Below the pieces are notes generated by a model. The model saw only the letters and a program-made list of their open reading frames with translations, was not told where the DNA came from and did no database searches. 64,000 nucleotides of DNA from Laetmonice hystrix (taxonomy: Eukaryota). How positions within the stretch are numbered: the stretch's first letter is position 1; every line of letters starts with the position of its first letter. The position numbers and the translations under genes were made by a program. The stretch lies in the NCBI GenBank assembly GCA_965235115.1, contig OZ249438.1, positions 20,026,001-20,090,000 of the forward strand, written 5' to 3'. Below, one piece after another: positions 1 through 10,700 of the stretch.

Positions 1-241
1 CTATAAGCCGTTAATACATACGCCGAAAGGCACATGTTTAATGTTTACCAAAATCTTCAGATATTATTGCAGTACCAAAGAAATAGGCCTCATTAATAGG
101 AAAACTAGATTTGAACAAAGTAGGGCCTAAATCCAGACCTAGACCTCATCTAGGATGTTGAACTCCTAGGCCTATCAGGTTCTGGATGCTTGCACGGGGC
201 GCGTCATTAGACATCTGATCAGGGATGTGATAAAATTACAG

Positions 242-438
242 ATGACGCCGACGAGCGTACGAGTCGGGACTTTCTGCAGGAGATTGAGTTAATGAAAACT
301 ATCGGACCACACCCGAACGTCGTCTCCATGCTGGGCTGTGTCACTCAGCAGGGGGCGCCAGCCTGCCTCATTGTGGAGCATATGGCGCGGGGGGACCTGC
401 TCCACTTCCTCGCCAGATGTCGCCACGGCATGGTTGAG
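242..438 (+). CDS. Receptor tyrosine kinase, kinase-domain exon A (alphaC to alphaD; subdomains III-V)
   Basis: Acceptor ttacag at 236-241 and donor GAG|GTAACC at 438|439. Translation (x)DADERTSRDFLQEIELMKTIGPHPNVVSMLGCVTQQGAPACLIVEHMARGDLLHFLARCRHGMVE matches the FGFR/RET/Torso-type pattern E..LMK.IG.HPNVVS.LGC.T....LIVE....GDL. The Gly-rich loop and catalytic Lys exon lie upstream of the window. Confidence 0.95.
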
Positions 439-1036
439 GTAACCACTGAGGTCCCCGCCCTGACAACAGCCGTTAGACGAATTTAAGTTAACTTTCTAAA
501 CTAAACATACTCAATAAAAAGAAGGGCGTTCTGGGCGCAGTTGGTTGAGATGCCTGAGTATACCACTTAAAAAACTGATAGGTTTTCTTTCGGCTATTCT
601 AGGTCTCAATGAATAACAAGCTTTCATCATAGATCTTCTGATTTGCAAATAAAAAGGGCATCAGATCTCTCCAATTATTAAATGTTTCTCACCATTTCGG
701 ATTTGGTAGAAGTTTGGCCGAATGTTTCATTAATTTAAGACAATCATTGAAAAATACTGCACACGTTCTCACTGGAAGCAAGACGCAATAATTTTATACT
801 CAAAGGTTCAGCTGCAGCTGTGGTATACACATGGCGCCATCTGTTGAGAATAACCCGCACAATAATTAGTGTTTTGATAGTGGTGACCGTGGAAATCCCA
901 TAATATTATATACCCGGCAGTAGGGTTTATAATAATATGTTCTAATGTTCTATTTAGAATTTCTACGGTCGTGACAATGACATTACTTACTATGTCTGGT
1001 TGTGAGTTTCTGTGATTTATTTGTGATTTATTATAG

Positions 1037-1111
1037 AAATCATCTGATGTGGACGATCATTTGACCTTGATGGATCTCCTGTCTTTTGCACGTCAAATTG
1101 TGGTTGGCATG
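1037..1111 (+). CDS. RTK kinase-domain exon B (short kinase insert and alphaE)
   Basis: Acceptor ttattatag|, donor ATG|GTAAAA, 75 nt, phase 0/0. Encodes KSSDVDDHLTLMDLLSFARQIVVGM, matching the RTK motif LT..DLLSFA.QI..GM. Missing from the ORF track because it is short. Confidence 0.92.
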
Positions 1112-1276
1112 GTAAAATATTTAAGTCAGTTCTTGAAAGAGCCTTGTCTACTGACCAGGCATGCACTTTTGCTTACGTATTCAAACCTATTATGACTCGG
1201 CAAAAATTGAAATCATACCTATTCAATCGGTAATATTGGAATTTTATAGAATGTCGTAATTTCTTCTGTCATGCAG

Positions 1277-1491
1277 GAGTTTCTGTGCCAGAGAAGTTTT
1301 GTGCACAGGGACCTGGCCACTAGGAATGTTCTGGTGGGGGAGCAGAAACAGATCAAGATTGGTGACTTTGGGCTGACTCGCTTTATTTACGATGACCCTG
1401 TCTACGTTACCAAGTGTGGGCGGAGACTGCCTCTCAAGTGGATGGCCATCGAAGCAATCTTTGAATTAACCTTTACTACGGCCAGTGATGT
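1277..1491 (+). CDS. RTK kinase-domain exon C (catalytic loop, DFG, activation loop)
   Basis: Acceptor ttctgtcatgcag|, donor GT|GTATGT (phase 2). Encodes EFLCQRSFVHRDLATRNVLVGEQKQIKIGDFGLTRFIYDDPVYVTKCGRRLPLKWMAIEAIFELTFTTASDV, with the tyrosine-kinase signatures HRDLAxRN, DFG and LPxKWMAxE. Confidence 0.97.
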
Positions 1492-1776
1492 GTATGTATC
1501 TCTGTCCCTCTCTCTCTGACGAGTTGTCAGGTCAGGTTTTGAAATATATTTCTAATTTGGAAGGTGATTTAGTAGGGCTAGAACTGTGCCCCTCCCCCCT
1601 ATTTCGACATTTGCAAATCATTGTAAAAGATGAGTAAGCAATAAGTTTCCTTCTCTACGTCGAGTGGGTCTATGCCAAACGTGGGAGCCTCTACATTGCA
1701 TGACCCCCCTATATTATGTGATATGGCCAAACGTTTTGGATCCGTTGGTCATGTTGATATAATGCTTGTATTAAAG

Positions 1777-1914
1777 GTGGTCGTTTGGCGTGGTGTTGTT
1801 TGAACTCATGACCCTGGGAGGGGTGCCCTACCCAGCAATCTCTAACCGAGACCTGTTGCGCCACCTACAGGATGGATATCGTATTGAGAAACCCACCAAC
1901 TGTCCACAAGAATT
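1777..1914 (+). CDS. RTK kinase-domain exon D (alphaF to alphaG)
   Basis: Acceptor gtattaaag|, donor TT|GTAAGT, phase 2/2. Encodes (V)WSFGVVLFELMTLGGVPYPAISNRDLLRHLQDGYRIEKPTNCPQE(L). The DVWSFGV..E..TLG..PYP motif is completed across the 1491/1777 junction. Confidence 0.96.
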
Positions 1915-4900
1915 GTAAGTATTGGGAGGTAGTTACTGTCTTACATAACACACGGGCATCTAACCGGAGGGAGACCCCCCCCCCCCCCCCCAATTCCCCT
2001 CGAAGTTGTCCGATGTTCCGAGGAGAATGACCCTTCTCCTGGGATTGGTGTTACTTTATAGTGCTACCCCCTTTAAAATATTGCCCAAGGCGTCTTTCGG
2101 TCGAGGCAGAGTAATAATGGTAAGACGCATACCAAAGCCATGTTGTAATGAATTCGTTTTTTTTATGTGAATGTATGATGACGCTGGGAACACCCTTCGA
2201 ACACTACAAGTTTCCGATTTTTATTTTCTCACTCTGCTATTATTACAACTTGTGCGGGATGTTCCGAATGAAAATGTCGACTTTTGTTTCCGTGGCATCA
2301 AGTTATATTTAATAAAAGGTGGTCTGTTTCACTGTTAATAAGAAAAGGGCAAATCTCCCTGGTTCTAATTTTAGCGCCCGCTCCTGGGGTTAGTCGTTGT
2401 TTATTAAGTGTCATCAGTAATTTAGGGGGCGTTTTTGTACTGTGCATGTGTTGACTCTGTAATGGCAGATGACTGCCTGTCTCACCACTAATGTACTCAA
2501 ATGGCTTGTTCTTCACCTAACTGTTAAAGCGACTATTGAACACGAATACCTCACTCTGAGAGTCATGAGGCGGTGGGTGTGGGTGTCATTTTACAGGCAT
2601 ACCTGAGGTCAGTGCTAAGTGTGTTTCTGCTTTACAAGTTACTCAACAACCACAGCAAAGAACTCATCAATTTTCCATCAATCATTGGGAACAAGGACTA
2701 GATTTACTTTACAAGTGCCCTATCGAGAAGTAAATCTCAAAACATCGCAAGAGTAGGTGTTAATGTCAAACACAATGGATGCGTGGACCTATTGGTTTAA
2801 AGGTATCAATAAAAGCTGCCACATTCGGTGGCTGGTCCTCATGACCCAGTGGGTGAATTTGCCGGAGGTGCACCCCCTCCGAATCATTTGGACCATTGTG
2901 CCTGGCCACTCTGCCTGAGTCTGTCTTATCTCTGGGGCCATCTCCGAACACCTCGAAGCTATTCTCCTCGGCTCCCCCCAGTGCACACTGCAGATGTGTC
3001 ATCCAGTATTTCTGACTGCCGAGTCCTTTATAAGTGCAGGTGTTCCGTCCTTATCGGCCAATTGTTTATTTCATATTAGCTTTTGGCCGGTGCTTACTAG
3101 ATGGTATCGGTGTTGATGAGTGTTAGTGGGGCTGTCCACAAATGGCGCCTTGAGCCTTGCTGGCCTCGCGATTGTGCAACCTCCTCGTTCCATGCACCTA
3201 TACATCCCCTCCGTGTCAAAAAAATATCTCCAATGTACGCGGCCCGTGAGTTCAGCATTGTGATGGCTATCACTTCCAAATAGGCACAGTAGGTGTGAGG
3301 CCAGTTGCCGTGCCAACGTGTTGGAGTTGACAATGCGAGCCTTCAATGAAGCTATTGCCTGAACATCTAGAACGCATTACGGCAGCTGGTGAAAACCACC
3401 GCCTTCCAGGTGGGAGGTTTGGGGTCGGTTCGCCAGCTGAGCCACCCACACTTTGATCCTTCGTGTCCACTATCATGCCATTCCATCAAAGATGCTCACC
3501 GCTGATAGCATTGCCGACTCCACTTTTTCATCCGGCAAATGGGAGGGTGATTTGGGCCGGCGGTGCTGGGGCCCAGCCGTACCGAGTGCTTTGATTGAAA
3601 GCAGTCAGGAATGTGCTGTGGCCCTGTCAGCAAAGTTGGCATGATACCCTCCGAACACCTGGCCTTGTGTCCAGTTCAATTGGAAGGCAGTCAATGAAAG
3701 ACGGGTCCAGCGAACCAGGAGAAAGGAAGGCGAGAGGACAGACTTACTTATACTATATTCTACCGACTGTAAAACTCTTGCAATTTTGTATCATTGCATT
3801 TAAATGATGTTCAATTAGATCTAGTATTTTTGTAAACACACTACATGTTATTAAACAGAAGAGGCGATGGCCCTATGATAGCTTTACTTAACTGGTTAGT
3901 ATTGATTCTTTGCGAGTCATTTTTATTTTGCGATATATGTTTGTATATCATAAATCGTACAATGGATGTGTAGAAGCGTCCGGCGGAGTTGGCCAATAGA
4001 CATCAGACCGAGGGAACTTGATATCATAGTCAAAAAGTATTTGATTGATTTTGGAAAAAAAATCAAAAGTTAGAGCCAACTGATTTTCGGGTTTTACAGC
4101 ACGTACCAACAGCATGAACCCTGAAGCGTATTAGACGAAGACGTACCAGTCGTTTCAAAGGCGAAATATGCCACCAAAGTTAAACATTAGGGCCTACCTG
4201 AATGTCAAGGTCATAATTGTATTCAATTAAGCAGTAATACCTAAGCGTATTTTATATCCATTTAGATTTAGAGGCAGCAGGCTTTCTGCTGCTTTGGTAA
4301 ACAAAAACTGTCTTCACTTGACTTTGCCGTTTAGCACCATCGTTTGACAATTTTTTCTTTTCATCGTTCAGTTTCATAAATCTCCCTGCTGAGACGAACA
4401 ATATGTGTCTTTTTCCACAGAGCTCGTGACAGTGCGGTCAGCGTATTCTCTGAAGCTACACTTTTTCATGTGACAGTTCATTTCAGCGATAGTTTATTTA
4501 TATGCATATTTAGAACAAATGACTACTTCAGCTGTGAAATAACGCAAAGTCTACTCGTATATCTTTTTCAAGTACCATCATCAGTGAAAGCCAGTGTTTT
4601 GGGTCCGTTTTTATCCACTCTAGCCTCCAGCTACCCTTAAATCAATGACAGTCTCACTAGGTCACTTGCATAAACAGACCATCCATTTTAAATCATAGAA
4701 ATTATAAATGTACTAGTTCATGTCAGTGAGTTTCATTAGGCGTGATGAGTGGTTAAAACTGTACAATATGCTAGCCTTTTGCACTGACCATGCAATGTCC
4801 TCGTGAGAGTATTTCTAGGAATGCGGGTAGGAATATAGCCATGAAATCAGCGAGTTTTATTCGATGGTAGGTATGCGAAAATTCTACTTGCCTTTTTAAC

Positions 4901-5459
4901 ACATGATTATAACTTTGTAAGGCAAGATAAGAAAGTGGTTTCATAGAGTCCTTGTAGAATTCACGATACTCATAGACCACTCAATCACAAGTTCATTGTT
5001 TAAAGTTCCCTCTGGTAAAGGTCTCGTTTAATACCACCATGTCGTTGGGATAACTTTTCGTTCGCCAAAACTGCATTTAAAGTTCATTAGATACTCACCT
5101 AACGGAAAAGCATGCAACAAGCAACCGATGATTGAGAAATGTAAACCAAGTATAAAGCAGTCTGGCAACACTAGCCTATGTCAGAAAAAATGTAACAGCG
5201 GAGGCTAAATGGAATATATAGAAAGTTTTCTTGGTTTGTTAAAAGGGTTGGACAGTTGTCAAAAGTTCAGCTGTCGTTACCCCCCCCCCCCCCACACACA
5301 CACACTTCTAGTCGTCTGTCTGTCTTGTTGGTCTACTGTACCAGGGGCAGTTACATCTAATCATGTCCCGGGTGCAAAGGTTAGTTAACCAGGATATCAG
5401 GATATTTGACAAGAGGTAATTCGATTGCTGAAGTTGCAAAACGTCTACACCAGACTATA

Positions 5460-5532
5460 TCTCTCTCTCTCTTTCTCTCTCTGTCTCGGTCTGTCTGTCT
5501 CTCTCTGTCTCTCTCTGTCTCTGTCTCTCTCT
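5460..5532. repeat. (CT)n/(CTGT)n compound microsatellite
   Basis: Direct reading: ctctctctctctttctctctctgtctcggtctgtctgtct... Confidence 0.9.
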
Positions 5533-6649
5533 AGAAGAAATGAGATGGTTTACGCATATAGCTGCAGATTCGAAATTGAGGAATCTTCTTGATCGGAACC
5601 TAATTCCCGTTTTAAATGATGCCCAGACCATTATTTGTAGTCAGTCGAATGTCTAACCAAGTTTAACCATCGGGCATAATTTATTGAACTCCTATATAAA
5701 AGTAAGCAAAATCTGTGTGGTAAATAAAGTAGGTGAAAGATGTGCCAGTATACCCACTCCTCTAATAAATTCTTGTGCTATTAATACCAGGTGGTAGTGT
5801 CCATTGTCCAGGTTTGTTTATCACACCTCACACCGGTGACTCTGTACGTCAGTCAGTCAGTTTCAGTCAACAGTTTTACCTGTAGACAGTCCCTTTGACA
5901 CCTCCACCTTCTTGGTTGTAGCACCTTGACTTTATTTGGACAGACTGGACGGTGGAAATGGTGTCTTGATTAATATGAAATACTGTTCTACCTGGGAAAC
6001 CTTCTGATGTTTAAGTCGGTGCTCACTTATATTGCTTGGTGATAAGGAACCCACTAAAATACAGCCATGTAGGCAACGGGCTTTGGAGGTGAAACCCTAA
6101 TTTGTATATAATTGACTGTAATTATGTGGATCGTGACGCTGGGTGACAACTGCCGTATGCAGAACGTTGGTGTCACGTGCCTCACTGCCCATGTTACCCT
6201 GATTTGATCATTCTTCCTAATAACTTGTAATAAAATCGACTTGCAGGAAGAAACTGTGGATGGTCGCCCCATTTGTAGTGTTGGACACCACTCTGGAGGT
6301 CCAGCTTGACCTCCCCACTATATAAAGCCACGAAACCACTGTTCACATGAACTGGCTGATGGGTCGGAAGGAGCTTGCATTAGTCCACGTTCGGTCGTAG
6401 TCTGGCAACACGTGCTGATGGTTCAAACACTGACAGTATGATGAGTCGCAAAGTGTCCACTTGGAGCCGGGAGGGTGCAAGGCTGAGAAAAGTGCGACAT
6501 GACTCTTCTAAAGGGATGTAGCAATACAACCCGTTCCCCGTCAGTGGGTTGATCTGTGGCATAGTTCCGTATGGCGGCTATCATTGGGTTATCACGTGTT
6601 GTCTCAGATGCCAGATCTTCGAACTGTAGGATGAACGTATCTAGTCAAC

Positions 6650-6796
6650 NNNNNNNNNNNNNNNNNNNNNNNNNNNNNNNNNNNNNNNNNNNNNNNNNNN
6701 NNNNNNNNNNNNNNNNNNNNNNNNNNNNNNNNNNNNNNNNNNNNNNNNNNNNNNNNNNNNNNNNNNNNNNNNNNNNNNNNNNNNNNNNNNNNNNNN
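6650..6796. other. Assembly gap (147 N)
   Basis: Run of N. ORFs spanning it are artefacts, and the true intron length is uncertain. Confidence 1.
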
Positions 6797-7787
6797 GGGT
6801 TATACCGATAACACATAGGATTAGGTTACGCTTACTACAGTCATCATTATCCTTTACAGATCCGTCCATGGAAGTTAATACTACATGTCATACTCGTAAA
6901 CAACAAGGGAGGTATTCTATTAGTCGGCCTCCCTTCCTGTTCTCCTTAGGTTTTATCCCCTTAATTAGCAGGCCCATATCTCATCTTTCAAAAAAAAAGT
7001 TTCTCTTTTTATTGAGCTTGTAATGACTGCATTCCATTATCTCTTTAGCAAAAGGCAAAAATGTATCTATGTCAGTCATAAAAGCAGGAGTACATTAGAG
7101 AGAATCTTCCAGGGAGGTCTGGCCACAGCAGGCTTAAGTTGTCATTGATTTAGATGTCACTCGGCCGGGTGTGTCCCATATAAATCGCCCTGATGTGCGC
7201 TCCCAACTGCTCCGTGCGAATACCTTGTATGTAATTTGTTTGCTTGACAGGACAGTTTTTCCCATTACTGTCAGATGTCGGAGGTAATCAGCTATTGACT
7301 GTGTTCTCGTGGAGGGCTGGCATTTGCAGGGTGTTAGCCAGGAGTAGGCTGTGGAGCATCAGGACTGGGGTTTTCTATTGGCCACGACACGCCACTCTCC
7401 CACCGTACCAGCTCGACCCACCCACATCCATTTCAGCCGACCAGCCTCAATTTGTGTTGGTGTCCAGCTGCCTTCAACTTCCTCAAGAATTAGTGCTCAG
7501 TATTTTGGCGAAGACTTTCAGGTCAGGTAAGGCCGGCTGTGAACCATACGAGTATGGGGGTGTGGTAAGTGTCTTCAGGCATTGTGAAAACTCTGGGGTG
7601 GGTTAGAATGAAAGAACTTTTGTTGAGAAAGTTGCCGTCAAACCCTACTTACCTCCCACCTGTGATAAGTCACGTCGGTGTGGGATGAGACAAGCAGATG
7701 ATACCATCGGCTTTTCTCACTTCATTTTAACACCGCCAAATCCTGGAAGCTCTTGTCAAAAACGATAAAGCCAATGTTTTACTCGGA

Positions 7788-7954
7788 AGTCTGAGGCAGA
7801 TCTCTCAATGATATTGATGACTGTTAGCAGTCTGAGGCAGATCTCTCAATGATATTGATGACTGTTAGCAGTCTGAGGCAGATCTCTCAATGATATTGAT
7901 GACTGTTAGCAGTCTGAGGCAGATCTCTCAATGATATTGATGACTGTTAGCAGT
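7788..7954. repeat. 41-bp minisatellite, about 4 identical copies
   Basis: Unit CAGTCTGAGGCAGATCTCTCAATGATATTGATGACTGTTAG. Confidence 0.95.
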
Positions 7955-10152
7955 TGTCTCGATGTTGGTAATGACATCGTAAACCACAGTGGAGAAAACG
8001 TGTGGCAAAGAAAGGCACCGCCACCATCAACTCTAAATATCCCACACCAGGCCCATACCAGAATGACTCATGTGCTTCGTGTTTCTCAGATGAAAGAGGG
8101 AGAGAAAAAATACTTGCCTTTATCCACTTGGAAGACTTCAAAAGAAACCTCCTTCTTGTAGTGTAAGAAGGAAATGTATATATAAACGATGAGTTGTGGC
8201 GGCGCGCGTGGGCTGCGGCTGGGGAGGCCACGTGCATTAAGGAAACGTGTAGTTCTATCATTATATGCACACTTTCACTTTAGAAAACGGCCACTCCCCA
8301 AACGGATGTCAGAAGGGATCAGGCTCCATCCTGCTGCCAACACACAACTGGCGTAGAAAGGAGATGCCCCTATGAGTTTCCCATAGTCTTTCTACGTCGG
8401 TGTGGAAGATAAGGAGCCCTTATGTACATTCTTGCTGCCACATCTCAGGAGTGGCTGAACGCCTAACAGGTCATTAAGGATGCTGTGGTACAGCACCGGC
8501 TGAAAGTCACATAGTCACCACGGATGGTTTAGATTTAAGAGTCAAATAGTGGTGTCGTGTGAACCTGAAGCTGTTCGTACTGAATGAATACGGTACATTT
8601 GTACTTGCATTTAGTGATCATAATCATGTTTACTTCTTTTAAATTATTGGCCTGGTTGATGGTTGGTTGTAAAGAAAACGCAATGAATCACATGTTTCCT
8701 TCTGCAATATTCTACACGAGAACCCTTGATTTACCAGAGGGTATTTTGTGTCAGTTTATGTTATCGTGGGATGCTGAGTTCCGTGATTTTCAGGAATGTT
8801 TCACAGTCAAGAGTGAGGATGTTACGTGGGTTTTTTCCTGTCTGGTTTCCACGTGGTTGAGACCTGTTGTACGGCTCCTGCACTCGCAGACAGAACACTT
8901 AGAAGACCTCCAGTCATTCTGTTCGATTGCCTCGTGGTCAATACACGTTCAGGTGGGCGTGAACCGGAAACAATGTGTTTCGCCGTCGTCCGACGGGTTG
9001 TTGTGGTCTTGTGAACATTCCTTGCGTGGCGTAACGTCAGATCGCATCCACAGGTCAGCTCCAGGGAAACAGTTCCATGTTGGTGCCCCAGGGGGCGCAC
9101 CGACCGGCTGAGCGTGTGATGTGTGCTGGAGAGGGGAGTACGCTCCAATGGCCGCCCTGTCTCACTCCGCGGATTCACTCACCTCTCGGGCCCGGGGGTG
9201 CCAACTGATAATATTAGGTTACTGCTTCCCAACTGGAGAAGCCTCAAGTTATTGTAGGATGAGTCAGGATATGATCAGTTCCCGATACCTATCTGATAAA
9301 GGCGTCAGATATAGGCCTACCTTGAGAAAGAGTTCCCCCACCATCATAGTATGACCATGGTCATTGTGCCAGACCTGTCCGCAGTATTACAATAATTTCT
9401 GCTCGGGTTTGGTCCCCTCTTGGACTTCATAACCTTATGTTTTCGGTTGAATAATTCTGAAGAAACAAGAAACAAAGCGTGACGTATCGGCATATATTTC
9501 ACACGCTAAGTGCAGGAGGAGAAAAACTGTTTTGCTTGAAACCAATGTAAATTCATTAAATTAAATTTAAGCCGATGTAATTTTCTTTGTTTTGCTTTTT
9601 GTCATTGTTGGTTTGTTTTGTTTCTCTTGCTCTCTCCGTAGAGGCCATCAAAGACCGCCACTGGAATTGACCTAAATTAAAAACTCCAACAAAGATCTTC
9701 ATGTGGATTGTTTCTTTCCCTAAGATATATGCCGTTCGTAGTAATGCAGTCGTTATCGAGCGAGGAGTTGCGCGGTGTAGGTAGGTGCTGCCACCTGTGT
9801 TTGACCACGAACACCATGCAGACCAGTCGCGGTCACAGACCTCCGAATTGATAAATACTGCATGACGTTTGGAAACCCGAAACCTAAACTTTCTAGGGAT
9901 TACTTCTGGTTTTACAATTATACTTATAAATATAAATAGATTCTTTGACTAGTTGAAGAAAAACATGAGCTCTAACATTATGTCTGGCTACATGCAAGGC
10001 GACTTTCTATTCTCCTGTTGTCCATGTTAGTTTCATTGTAGCTGTTTCCATAGTAACTGTTGGACAGTTAGACCGTTGTATAGATTATTTATGCCGTTAT
10101 CTTTTCAAAAGAAAACAAAAGAATTCAGCGATTGGAAATAATTAGACCATAT

Positions 10153-10700
10153 TTTGGAGCCCCGAAGGGGACATGCTAAGAAAATCATTTTTAACTCGTG
10201 CGCACGAGTTACTAAGTCGTGCGCGCGAGTTAATAATTCGTGCGCACGAGTTAATAATTCGTGCGCACGACTTAGTAACTCAATACAGAAGCACGCTGAC
10301 TTGCTATTGGGCCGTCTATTTGAATGTTTTATCATGGTAAAAACGAAGGCAGTTAAGTTTTATTTTAACCTAGAGCTGCACTACAAGGATATCTTGTATG
10401 TGCGGAGTAGGATGCATGACATCATATTGAGTCTGCCACACTTTAAAAGGATGCTAAAGACGGAAGGACTACTTCGCCGGAAGAATTATTCAGATTTAGG
10501 TCATGTTGTCATGTTTATTAGAAATCAACTTCAGGGGTCTGGTTCATTACAAAAGTTCATATACCAAAAGTGCGTTGATAATGAACTTACAGTAACTCGT
10601 GCGCACGACTTAGCAACTCGTGTGCACGACTTATAGTATTTATAGTATTTTTAACACGCGTTAAAAAATATTTTTAGCGTGTCCTCTCCGGGGCTCCATA
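10153..10700 (+). mobile_element. Non-autonomous IS3EU-type DNA transposon (internal deletion derivative)
   Basis: About 40-bp imperfect TIRs: TGGAGCCCCGAAGGGGACATGCTAAGAAAATCATTTTTAAC on the left and rc TGGAGCCCCGGAGAGGACACGCTAAAAATATTTTTTAAC on the right. Right end ...GGCTCCATA fits the TAY..RTA termini I recall for IS3EU; the left end reads TTT instead of TAT. Subterminal 21-bp palindromic repeats on both sides. Flanks CCATAT/CCACTT could be a degenerate 6-bp TSD (4/6). Superfamily call is from memory, not from a database search. Confidence 0.75.
10334..10600 (+). pseudogene. 5' fragment of an IS3EU-like (HTH plus integrase-core) transposase
   Basis: MVKTKAVKFYFNLELHYKDILYVRSRMHDIILSLPHFKRMLKTEGLLRRKNYSDLGHVVMFIRNQLQGSGSLQKFIYQKCVDNELTVTR resembles the N-terminus of this family as I recall it (YF.LGL.YK.I.......LKR.L...GL.RRK.YSD...V..FI..QL.GSG.LHGYR....KC...GL.VTR). 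Truncated before the DDE core. Confidence 0.75.

Noticed and set aside
532-556. tRNA/SINE A-box-like TGGGCGCAGTTGGTTGAG
   Set aside because: No B box or cloverleaf downstream.
958-1001. Possible extra kinase-insert mini-exon (ttag|AATTTCTAC...TT|gtgagt)
   Set aside because: 44 nt would shift the frame and leave only a 35-nt intron before exon B; exons A and B already join in frame.
2760-3750. GC-balanced block with overlapping short ORFs, possibly a decayed LINE
   Set aside because: Only faint resemblance to RTE-type C-termini; no recognisable RT or endonuclease motif and many stops.
6571-7023. ORFs spanning the N run
   Set aside because: Artefacts of the assembly gap.
7240-7600. Minus-strand SIADYLRHLTVMGKTV resembling a DIRS tyrosine-recombinase N-terminal segment
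   Set aside because: Too short, with no adjoining RT, RNase H or catalytic YR motifs in any frame I translated.
9642-9670. Phase-1 reading (E)AIKDRHWN, similar to the dynein heavy-chain motif EALKDRHW
   Set aside because: Immediate stop and no other dynein-like exons; treated as chance.
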